From positions 1 through 54,754 of the forward strand of contig JACOVS010000039.1 in NCBI GenBank assembly GCA_016177205.1: 54,754 nt of DNA. The letters are read 5' to 3'. The translations under genes and the position numbers were made by a program. Shown piece after piece: positions 1-7,493 of the stretch (the stretch's first letter is position 1; each line of letters begins with the position of its first letter). Under the pieces are notes generated by a model. It was not told the origin of the DNA. It saw only the letters and a list, made by a program, of their open reading frames with translations, and searched no databases. Source of the DNA: Candidatus Aenigmatarchaeota archaeon (lineage in GTDB: Archaea > Aenigmatarchaeota > Aenigmatarchaeia > JACPZZ01).

Positions 1-12
1 GCAGGGGAATTT

Positions 13-519
13 TTGTCAAAGGAAAGGATTTTTGTATTCCCATCCTTTGTTGAACCGCCGACATACAACGTTAGCACTTACGCCTCCATGATATACGCGA
101 TAATGAAGGAAAACGTCGGTGATATAAAAGACGGGATAAAAGGCCTGGAAACGCCGGATCTTAGAAGGTACAAGTTCATTTTTTTCGTTGCAGAGGACAA
201 ATATGAACTGCCCGGAATAATGTCCGCAAGGAAAGTCGGCGAGTCGTTGGCCGGTTTAGGGTCCGCAGGCGAAGGAATATCAACCGCCCGGCACGGAATG
301 CTTGTGCATGAGAACAACGACCGCCTGGATTTCTGCATGAACTGCGATACGGGCACGAAAAACACCTACAAACTCGGAATAGACTCGTTTCTTGGCCTGA
401 TAATGTGCGCGTATTACGTCATAGGAAAGAACCAGACTGCGTCAGACATGGAAAATATAATGAAAAATTACGCTTCAACCGCGCAAAAACTGGGCTGGAA
501 ATTTAACAAGGTGTGGTGA
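13..519 (+). CDS. hypothetical protein (TTG start in track; may be 5' truncated by the window edge)
   Basis: 168-aa ORF with no motif I recognise. It is the longest ORF here; the antisense ORF 78..365 is shorter. Confidence 0.45.
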   Translation: MSKERIFVFPSFVEPPTYNVSTYASMIYAIMKENVGDIKDGIKGLETPDLRRYKFIFFVAEDKYELPGIMSARKVGESLAGLGSAGEGISTARHGMLVHENNDRLDFCMNCDTGTKNTYKLGIDSFLGLIMCAYYVIGKNQTASDMENIMKNYASTAQKLGWKFNKVW

Positions 520-540
520 GCCGGCTGAAACAGATTTATG

Positions 541-1314
541 TTAAATAAAATCTGTTTCTAGTTTCCTCGCGTAACAAAACAAATACTGGTTCGCATAACC
601 CGCGTATTTTCCCCAGCGCTCCTGCGCAAAGCCCTGTATTTTTTTGTCGCTTGTTTTTTTCCCGTCGAAATAATTTTCAACCATTATTTTCCTTATCCAC
701 GTGACAATAGGAAACGACTCTAAAAACCCGTAACCGAACAATAAAATGCAATTCGCGACCTTATCCCCGATTCCATGCAGCCTTGTCAAATGTTCAACAG
801 CCTCTTCATACCTCATTTTATTAACCCCGCTTATCGAATGCCCGCCGATAATCATCTCTGCGGTCTTTTTAAGGAATTTTTGCCGGAAGCCCAGCCTCGC
901 AAAACTTATGTCCGTGTTTAAAATTTCTTCCGGCGTCATCACTCTTCCGTCAACCATTAACGACTGAACATTCTTCCTTATCCTTTTTATGTTGTTGTTT
1001 ATAGAGCAAATGAATGACAACGTTGTTTCCCAAGGATCGCTTTTCGTTATCCTCAACCCCCGATAATTTTTAATCGCTTCGCCCATCAGATCGTCTGTAT
1101 TTATCCTCTTGTAAATTCTCTCAAGGTCGTCGTCTTTTCTCAAAAGCTCCATGACGCGGCTTTCAAACCCTTGTGTGAACCTAAGCTTGCCATCGTGCCA
1201 CAGCTCACATAAACGCCCGCCGACCAGACGGGAATATTTTCCGTTATTTTCGCTCCATATGAACTCCGGCGTCTGGCCGCTTTTCATCGTCAAATCAAGG
1301 TTCAACAGCACCAT
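541..1314 (-). CDS. ogg: 8-oxoguanine DNA glycosylase / AP lyase, OGG1-type (HhH-GPD superfamily)
   Basis: HhH-GPD motif LHGIGDKVANCILLFG, with its Lys aligned to the OGG1 catalytic Lys. C-terminal WGKYAGYANQYLF resembles OGG1 WGPYAGWAQAVLF. Confidence 0.8.
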   Translation of the reverse strand: MVLLNLDLTMKSGQTPEFIWSENNGKYSRLVGGRLCELWHDGKLRFTQGFESRVMELLRKDDDLERIYKRINTDDLMGEAIKNYRGLRITKSDPWETTLSFICSINNNIKRIRKNVQSLMVDGRVMTPEEILNTDISFARLGFRQKFLKKTAEMIIGGHSISGVNKMRYEEAVEHLTRLHGIGDKVANCILLFGYGFLESFPIVTWIRKIMVENYFDGKKTSDKKIQGFAQERWGKYAGYANQYLFCYARKLETDFI

Positions 1315-1346
1315 ATTATTTCAACCAGAAAGTTTAATAACAGTGC

Positions 1347-2528
1347 ATGGCCGTCGAAAAAACCCTTCTCATAATCTGCGACGGCATGCCCGATTCCGAA
1401 GACGAGGACGGAAATACACCTTTATCGACGGCCTACCACCCGGGTTTGGATTTTCTCGCGAAAAACGGCTTGGTCGGGCGTCTGGATTTGAAATACGAAA
1501 AATCCGCGGACACGGACCAGGGCGTATTAAAAATTCTCGGCTGTTACGACGATTCTTATCCCGGCCGCGGCTACATAGAGGCGTTGAGCACAGATTTAGA
1601 GGCACGAAAAGGCGATGTCTGTTTTCGGGCGAATTTCGCAACACTGAACGGTGACGGAATGCTAATTGACCGCCGTGCCGGACGCGACGAGACGGGACTG
1701 GAAGAACTTGCAAAAAAACTGGATGGCATCGAAATTAACAACATACGCTTCTCCGTACGACGGGCAGTCGGCCACCGCCTGGTTATCGTTATGCGTCGTT
1801 TAGACGGCAAACCATTGTCATGGAACATCGAAGGCAACGACCCGAAAAAAACAGGCGTTGCCGTGAAACAGGTCGCAGCCAAAACCCGGAACGGCAGGAT
1901 AACCGCAAGCGCGCTCAACAAATTTTTGAGAAGAGTTAACAAGATACTGGAAGAACATCCGGTAAACAAAAAAAGGAAAATCCCCGCAAACACAGTTCTG
2001 ATACGCAATATTGGCCATCCCACAAAAACGGAAAGTTTCGAAAGCCGCTACAACAAAAAGGCCTGCGTGATAGGCTATCACAGCACTATAGAAGGCGTCG
2101 CGAAATTCCTGGGCATGGACTTCGTAAAGCCTTCAGGCGCAACAGGCCAGGAGGACACGGATTTGCATGAAAAAGCGAACGCAGCGCTCGAAACCCTGCA
2201 AAAATACGACTTCGTCCTGTTGCATGTCAACGCCTTCGACATGTTGTCGCATGACAAAAAGCGCGACGAGAAAACCGCGTTCATAGAGCGCTTTGACCAG
2301 CTGGTCGTTAGGAAGATATTGGACAACATAAACCTTAACAAAATCGTCATCGCGGTCACCAGCGACCATTACTCAAACTCTTTAACAAAAGATTACGCTC
2401 ATTCAACGGAACCCGTGCCTTTCGTTGTTTGCGGCGCCGGGATAAAAAGTTCCGGCTGCGAAAAATACGACGAGAAAAACGCGGTGAAATTCGGAACTTG
2501 TAAGAATTTAATTGAATTTTTAGTTTGA
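1347..2528 (+). CDS. apgM: 2,3-bisphosphoglycerate-independent phosphoglycerate mutase, archaeal type
   Basis: 393 aa. N-terminal LLIICDGMPD, central LIDRRAGR and C-terminal AVTSDH motifs are typical of the ApgM / alkaline-phosphatase-like metalloenzyme fold. Confidence 0.8.
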   Translation: MAVEKTLLIICDGMPDSEDEDGNTPLSTAYHPGLDFLAKNGLVGRLDLKYEKSADTDQGVLKILGCYDDSYPGRGYIEALSTDLEARKGDVCFRANFATLNGDGMLIDRRAGRDETGLEELAKKLDGIEINNIRFSVRRAVGHRLVIVMRRLDGKPLSWNIEGNDPKKTGVAVKQVAAKTRNGRITASALNKFLRRVNKILEEHPVNKKRKIPANTVLIRNIGHPTKTESFESRYNKKACVIGYHSTIEGVAKFLGMDFVKPSGATGQEDTDLHEKANAALETLQKYDFVLLHVNAFDMLSHDKKRDEKTAFIERFDQLVVRKILDNINLNKIVIAVTSDHYSNSLTKDYAHSTEPVPFVVCGAGIKSSGCEKYDEKNAVKFGTCKNLIEFLV

Positions 2529-2542
2529 ACGGCCGGTTTAAT

Positions 2543-3856
2543 TTACTTTGCGCTCGTCCTTATCTCGATTTGTGCCATGGCGGCATACTCGTATTCGCCG
2601 AAATCGTAGTTCAAAACCTTCACGTAATAGGTGTTTCCTTTGGCAAGGTCAAAGAAACAGCTTTCCGCTGCCGGGCCCGAGGCGCCTCTGTAACAGATTG
2701 CCGAAGCTTGCACCCCGCCGTCAGAACCGCACACATCACGGCTGCCCGCCGCCGCGCTGTAAACGGTGAAATCCATGTCGGCGTAATAATTGGCGCCGCC
2801 CACCGGCTTTTTGGCCGGGCCCACAGTAACATTCGCACGCAACGCCTCGCTCCCGGAATAACTAAAGTTGTAATAACCCGCCTCGCCCCTTGCTAGGCTG
2901 CAACTGTCCGACAAGACCGCACCCGCGGACGCAGAACCCATATAAAACGCGTTGTCGCATCTTGTGTAGCAAGTCTTGGATGTGGTCGATGTGGCCGCTG
3001 TGGTGGTTGTTGTAGTCGTTGTTGTAGCCCTGACATTGGTGGTTGTGGTTGCTCCGACATTGGTGGTTGTGGTAGATCTTCCCGATGTCGTTGTTGTTAT
3101 TGATCCTGTGCCGGCTGAACCGCCTGTTGTGGTCGTTGTGGTTGATGGTGTAGTGCCGATAACGCTGCCGAAGACTTGTCCGCCGCTAAATTCTATGTCA
3201 CAGCGCTCACTGACATAAACATAGTAGCCGACGCCGCTGCTAAACCGGTCTATCGCAGGCCGGCCTTTGTGCGAGAATGTGGATTGCCAGCTGTCACTAG
3301 GATCTTGGTATGTTGAATTCCAGTGCCACGGCGGGACTGTGTTGTAATTCACCTTGCTGCCACAGGTTTTTTGCAGGTCGCTCATGCCGAATTCGCGGTC
3401 GGACGCGATAAACGATCCGCTAATAGGATTGCTTATCATATTCCAGCCCGGCCACAAGGTCAGCCGCCCTGAATTGGATCTCTGCTCCCCTGTTTGCGTA
3501 ACCGTGCATGTGTCGTCCGCCCACACCCAATAACCCTTGCCCGGTTCAAGGCTGGTAAAATCTCCGGCCCTGTCGCTCTGCCATTGCTGCGTGAAACCAT
3601 TAAAGTGCCAGACCGGTTTTGCCGAGTTCCTTTTACAATTGGAATAAATAGAACCCGGCTCGCTCGCGGATCCGATCGGGATTGGTGTGCCCGTGGGCGA
3701 AGAAATCATGTTCCAGCCTGTTCTAAGTGTTAGATGCACCGTAGGTTCCGGTCCAGGAGGGGTCGGCTGGGCCAATGCCGTTACGGACGCAAAAAGAAAT
3801 GTTAAGAGGTAACAGAACAAAAACAGGTGCGATTTTATGAAAGGCCTGTTTTTCAT
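2543..3856 (-). CDS. secreted protein: Sec-type signal peptide, two GWNMIS-containing repeats, Thr-rich linker, C-terminal pre-peptidase (PPC)-like domain
   Basis: N-terminal hydrophobic signal ending ALAQP. Repeated LRTGWNMISSP / LWPGWNMISNP and GKGYWVW-type motifs. About 60-aa poly-Thr tract. C-terminal YYNFSY...DMDFTVY...YYVKV pattern. Confidence 0.7.
   Translation of the reverse strand: MKNRPFIKSHLFLFCYLLTFLFASVTALAQPTPPGPEPTVHLTLRTGWNMISSPTGTPIPIGSASEPGSIYSNCKRNSAKPVWHFNGFTQQWQSDRAGDFTSLEPGKGYWVWADDTCTVTQTGEQRSNSGRLTLWPGWNMISNPISGSFIASDREFGMSDLQKTCGSKVNYNTVPPWHWNSTYQDPSDSWQSTFSHKGRPAIDRFSSGVGYYVYVSERCDIEFSGGQVFGSVIGTTPSTTTTTTGGSAGTGSITTTTSGRSTTTTNVGATTTTNVRATTTTTTTTTAATSTTSKTCYTRCDNAFYMGSASAGAVLSDSCSLARGEAGYYNFSYSGSEALRANVTVGPAKKPVGGANYYADMDFTVYSAAAGSRDVCGSDGGVQASAICYRGASGPAAESCFFDLAKGNTYYVKVLNYDFGEYEYAAMAQIEIRTSAK
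2976..3165 (-). repeat. low-complexity Thr-codon tract with a 24-nt tandem duplication (gacattggtggttgtggt at 3032..3049 and 3056..3073)
   Basis: Direct reading of the sequence. It encodes TTTTNVGATTTTNVRA inside the poly-Thr linker of the 437-aa protein. Confidence 0.8.
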
Positions 3857-3889
3857 CGTTTGGCAATTCTCCTTTGATTATTATCCGTA

Positions 3890-4285
3890 TCAGGTGATTC
3901 CAGGCGGCGGACTAGGCGGCCCGCCCGGTGGTGAAGTCGTCGTAGTCGCTGCCGAAGCAACTCCGGGACAACCGCACCCGATTTTGACTTTTAACTTCTC
4001 GTCAGCGTCACCGCACGGCGTCGCATCGCCCGCATCAAGAACTATTCCCTTTGCCGCAGCACAAAGGCTTGAAGACGGGTCTCCGCTACAGCCTGTGTTG
4101 ACTAAAACCTGGCATTGTTTGTTAAATTCCGCCCTGGCCGCCTGGTTCGTCGCAAATGGGTTCCAGACGCCCATAAATACAGCAACGACAGCGATCAGAA
4201 TAATCACCGCGATCGCTAGAATAACAAGCATGTCAATGGGGAGCGAAACGCCTTTTTTGGTTGAGCTTTTTCCTAAAAAGGTCAT
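3890..4285 (-). CDS. type IV pilin-like protein (class III signal peptide), Cys-rich, Thr/Pro-rich tail
   Basis: N-terminus KKG|VSLPIDMLVILAIAVIILIAVVAVF. 6 Cys in the ectodomain. GCGCPG motif followed by TTTTSPPGGPPSPPPG. Confidence 0.75.
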   Translation of the reverse strand: MTFLGKSSTKKGVSLPIDMLVILAIAVIILIAVVAVFMGVWNPFATNQAARAEFNKQCQVLVNTGCSGDPSSSLCAAAKGIVLDAGDATPCGDADEKLKVKIGCGCPGVASAATTTTSPPGGPPSPPPGIT

Positions 4286-4289
4286 ATTA

Positions 4290-4586
4290 TCATCCCGGGC
4301 AGCCGCAGCCCTTCTTCACGGCAAGCCTGTCCGCGTCTGTGTCGCACGTCGCCTTGTTAAGAACAAGGCCGTTTGCCGCTGCACACAAAGCTGTCGAAGG
4401 GTTTCCCGCGCAACCCGTGTTGACCAAAACCTGGCACTCCTTGTTGAAATTGGCCCGCGCCTGCTGGTTCGTAGCGAACGGGTTCCAGACGCCCATGAAC
4501 ACGGCAACAACCGCTATCAGAATAATTACGGCTATCGCCAGGATTACAAGCATGTCGATTGGAAGTGAAACGCCTTTTCTCTTCAT
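4290..4586 (-). CDS. type IV pilin-like protein (class III signal peptide); candidate major pilin
   Basis: MKRKG|VSLPIDMLVILAIAVIILIAVVAVF. 98 aa, 6 Cys, ends GCGCPG. It has its own TATA-like box and an AAGGT upstream. Confidence 0.8.
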   Translation of the reverse strand: MKRKGVSLPIDMLVILAIAVIILIAVVAVFMGVWNPFATNQQARANFNKECQVLVNTGCAGNPSTALCAAANGLVLNKATCDTDADRLAVKKGCGCPG

Positions 4587-4618
4587 TTTGACCTTATTAT
4601 CTATTTTCTCCGAAATGG

Positions 4619-4626
4619 TTTAAATA
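4619..4626 (-). promoter_or_regulatory. candidate archaeal TATA box (TATTTAAA on the coding strand) for the 98-aa pilin gene
   Basis: TTTAAATA lies 33-40 nt upstream of the ATG at 4586, with an AAGGT Shine-Dalgarno-like motif in between. Confidence 0.4.
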
Positions 4627-4632
4627 GGTGTT

Positions 4633-5961
4633 TCAGACAGGCTGCAAACCAGCAGGCAGGGAACAGGCGGCTGCATTGTTCTTCAATTCTGTGGAAACGA
4701 CCTGGCCGTTCTTTATTATTGTGCAGCTGTGCGTCATATAATTGAATTTTAACGTCTCGTAAGGAAACGGCTTGGCAACGCTAGGTATGTTGTTAATAGT
4801 CTTCGACGGGACAAAGCCGCCCGGGTCTTCGGACGAGTATTTCCCGTACACGTCGGCCAGGAATGTAAACGTTATTGATTTTGTCTTTGTGGTGCCGGAA
4901 CAGGTTTGGGTTTTTGTATCTTCTCCGGGCACGCACACGCAGTTCTCAACCACTTCCCCGTCAGCGTCGGTTATTGTGGTGCAGCTTTCCGTCTTGCACG
5001 GGTTTGTGAAATTGTAGTTGCAGCTGAACGAACAGGAGCCCGTGGCCAGGGTCGCGTCGCTTAACGCGTACCCGGCCCCGTTGGTCAAAGAACCGTGCTT
5101 TTCAAACTTCGCATTAAACGCTGCAAATGGGACGCCCGGTATAGGCCCGGAAATAGGAACGCTGTCCAATGCGGAATAGTCTGTCATTGCCAAAACCTCG
5201 GACGCCGTCGGCTCGGACGCCTCCGAAAGCGGGCAGGCGCTGCTAAAGGGGTCTGCAGAATTGCAGAATGAAACAGGCTCTGTGCATTTTGGCGCGAGTT
5301 TTGTTTTTGTACCTCCGGTGTTGATAGAAGCGAATGCTTCATTTATCCTGTCAACCGGTTCGCCGCTGTCCAGAAATTGTTTCGCAGCATTGTACAGCGC
5401 GAAATATTTTAATTTCACTTCCTGGTCTATGTAGCCTTTCACGTCCGTAACTATAGTTATTGCCTGTGTTTGCAGGGCCTTTGAAATTTTTACCTCCTTG
5501 TCGCCTTTAACGTAAAACTTTTCAGATTTTGAAAAGTCGCTGTTGTCCGGGACGACTTGGATGTTCGTATCCCCGTAATCGATTGCCAGGAATTTTCCAG
5601 CTATGGAATGTTGCTGTAAACTGGCGATTTCGTTATCGATGTAACGTTTCAGCGTATCCTTTATAGTATCTTCGCTCGGCGGTGTTTTCCATATAGCTGT
5701 TCCGTCCTTCTGCGGTGCCAAATTGTCCAGACCGCCGGCTGAACCGGCTCTCATGGGTCCTGTCTGGGAATAAATTAAAACCGCCTCTTCCAGCGTTTTC
5801 CGTGCCAGTTCAGCGTAGTTTATGGTTGAAAAGCTCTCCTTGTGCCTTTCGGAAACGATAAAAGCCTCTGATGGTATGACCGACCTAAACCACCAAATTA
5901 TTCCGACGCCGATCATTACCATTATGATGCTTCCCATGAACGTGTTGACGCTTCCTTTCAT
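4633..5961 (-). CDS. pilus-associated protein with prepilin-like N-terminus and a large Cys-rich ectodomain
   Basis: MKG|SVNTFMGSIIMVMIGVGIIWWF. 442 aa, about 12 Cys clustered in the C-terminal half. The start lies 1 nt after the stop of the upstream gene. Confidence 0.7.
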   Translation of the reverse strand: MKGSVNTFMGSIIMVMIGVGIIWWFRSVIPSEAFIVSERHKESFSTINYAELARKTLEEAVLIYSQTGPMRAGSAGGLDNLAPQKDGTAIWKTPPSEDTIKDTLKRYIDNEIASLQQHSIAGKFLAIDYGDTNIQVVPDNSDFSKSEKFYVKGDKEVKISKALQTQAITIVTDVKGYIDQEVKLKYFALYNAAKQFLDSGEPVDRINEAFASINTGGTKTKLAPKCTEPVSFCNSADPFSSACPLSEASEPTASEVLAMTDYSALDSVPISGPIPGVPFAAFNAKFEKHGSLTNGAGYALSDATLATGSCSFSCNYNFTNPCKTESCTTITDADGEVVENCVCVPGEDTKTQTCSGTTKTKSITFTFLADVYGKYSSEDPGGFVPSKTINNIPSVAKPFPYETLKFNYMTHSCTIIKNGQVVSTELKNNAAACSLPAGLQPV

Positions 5962-5962
5962 G

Positions 5963-6544
5963 TTATTTCACCGTCGAATACAGCCTGTAAATCGCGATCT
6001 TGCAGCCCGCGCACGTCTCGTAAGGCAGGTAAAACTCAACTTCCGCCGTCTCCGGATCGTTTACGATTTTTTCGTCGTTCCTTTTTGCTATTACCAGCCT
6101 TTTCGTTATCACGTTTCCCGCGACGTCAAACTGCTTCCTTAGCTCGAATATGTACGGGCCCTGGACCAATTTGTCAAAAACATTCTGCGCCTCCTGGTAC
6201 ACGTTCCGCAGGCTGCCGTCTGCTAAAACTTCCCCGTCCCAGTTCGGACTTCCGTCCCACTGGAACGCGGCGTTCGATAATATTCTCCTGCTCTGCGGTT
6301 CATTGGCGCTTAATCTGATCTCAGTCCCTGAAACAAGGGCGTTTTCCGTGTTCAGCGAAAAATCCAAAAACGTGGCGTGCACGGTAAAATCTATCAAATT
6401 GCCGACGATCAGCCGCGCAATGCTCATCGAGAACAGCATTATCATGGTCACAAAAAATATCGTTATCAGGAAAAAGAACGTTGATACGTACCAGACGTCG
6501 CCCTTCATCATTCTCTTTTGGTTGAGCTTTTTGGAAAAGGTCAT
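5963..6544 (-). CDS. pilus-associated protein with prepilin-like N-terminus
   Basis: KRMMKG|DVWYVSTFFFLITIFFVTMIMLF. 193 aa. Tightly packed in the operon. Confidence 0.65.
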   Translation of the reverse strand: MTFSKKLNQKRMMKGDVWYVSTFFFLITIFFVTMIMLFSMSIARLIVGNLIDFTVHATFLDFSLNTENALVSGTEIRLSANEPQSRRILSNAAFQWDGSPNWDGEVLADGSLRNVYQEAQNVFDKLVQGPYIFELRKQFDVAGNVITKRLVIAKRNDEKIVNDPETAEVEFYLPYETCAGCKIAIYRLYSTVK

Positions 6545-6545
6545 A

Positions 6546-6986
6546 TCAACCGACCTTCGGGACGTAAACTTTCATCGTGCCGGGTATTATCGTATCCGTC
6601 ATTTTTACCGCAACCGGATGCTCCCAAACCCTGTTTTTTTCCTTCAGTATCGAGTCGTCGCCGAAAACCCAGCCCTGTGAGTCTGTGGTTATGACCACAA
6701 GGTATTTTGTTATGTCAGCGAAGCCGAATTTTTCCGAGAATGAATCGTTGTTTAAGTTGTTTAGCTTGTCCGTATCAAGCACGCCTTTTCTGTAGTCGGG
6801 CTCTGTTTGTGTTAAAAAGGGCGCGCCTGCCATGTACTGCGAAAATATCAAGTATTCTCGGTCGATCTGTTTTCCGTGTATTTGCAGGCTGAACGATTGA
6901 AACTGCACAAGCGTCGCTAAAATGCCGAGTATGCTCACCACAAGGGCGACAATCTTGATAAAATTTTCGGCAATGAATGTGGACAT
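6546..6986 (-). CDS. N-terminally anchored pilus-locus protein
   Basis: 146 aa with a single N-terminal hydrophobic helix IKIVALVVSILGILATLV. Abuts its neighbours with 0-1 nt gaps. Confidence 0.6.
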   Translation of the reverse strand: MSTFIAENFIKIVALVVSILGILATLVQFQSFSLQIHGKQIDREYLIFSQYMAGAPFLTQTEPDYRKGVLDTDKLNNLNNDSFSEKFGFADITKYLVVITTDSQGWVFGDDSILKEKNRVWEHPVAVKMTDTIIPGTMKVYVPKVG

Positions 6987-7493
6987 CTATTTCACCTGTT
7001 GCTCAACCAAGGTTGTTATTTCGGCGCCTGTTTTTTCCACTCCAGCCTTCCAGTTGTGCTTTTCATCCATTTTCGCGTCAAGGACGTTTATTTCGTTGTC
7101 CGTGGAATGTACCAGGAAAAGTTTTCTGGGAGGTTGTATCTTTACGACCGCCGTGTTCGCCAGGTTAAATATCTCGCGGGTCGAGTCTATGAACATGAAA
7201 TAATTTTCGCCGTCCTTGTCAATTTTTATCCTGTAGGGGTTGGGCGGCATTACAAAGCTTGCCGCGAAATTGTTTCCGGTCATGGCCGCGGCTGCGTGGA
7301 AACCGAACAACGTCTCCGACGCCAGCCGCGCATCGAAATTAAAAACAAACTCCCCCATTGCCGCGCCGGCGGTTACTATGAAAAGGATGCTCATCAGAAG
7401 TATGCCCAATTCTCCCAGGAATATGATAAAATCGCGGACTATGATAATCCCTTTAACCTTTTTAGAAAAAAGCTTAACCAAAAAACCATTCAT
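6987..7493 (-). CDS. pilus-associated protein with prepilin-like N-terminus (start moved to the internal ATG)
   Basis: The ATG at 7493 overlaps the TGA of the upstream 899-aa gene (ATGA). N-terminus is MNGFLVKLFSKKVKG|IIIVRDFIIFLGELGILLMSILFIV. Confidence 0.6.
   Translation of the reverse strand: MNGFLVKLFSKKVKGIIIVRDFIIFLGELGILLMSILFIVTAGAAMGEFVFNFDARLASETLFGFHAAAAMTGNNFAASFVMPPNPYRIKIDKDGENYFMFIDSTREIFNLANTAVVKIQPPRKLFLVHSTDNEINVLDAKMDEKHNWKAGVEKTGAEITTLVEQQVK

Noticed and set aside
1151-1713. Overlapping ORFs 1151..1654 (+) and 1369..1713 (-) rich in Arg
   Set aside because: They overlap ogg and apgM in alternative frames. Both annotated genes have strong family motifs.
2976-3218. 80-aa poly-Val ORF on the plus strand
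   Set aside because: It is the reverse complement of the poly-Thr linker (ACN read as NGT/GTN) and is not an independent gene.
3837-4568. 243-aa plus-strand ORF (and 4261..4623) across the two small pilin genes
   Set aside because: It lies antisense to the pilin genes. The pilins have class III signal peptides, even Cys counts and tight operon spacing.
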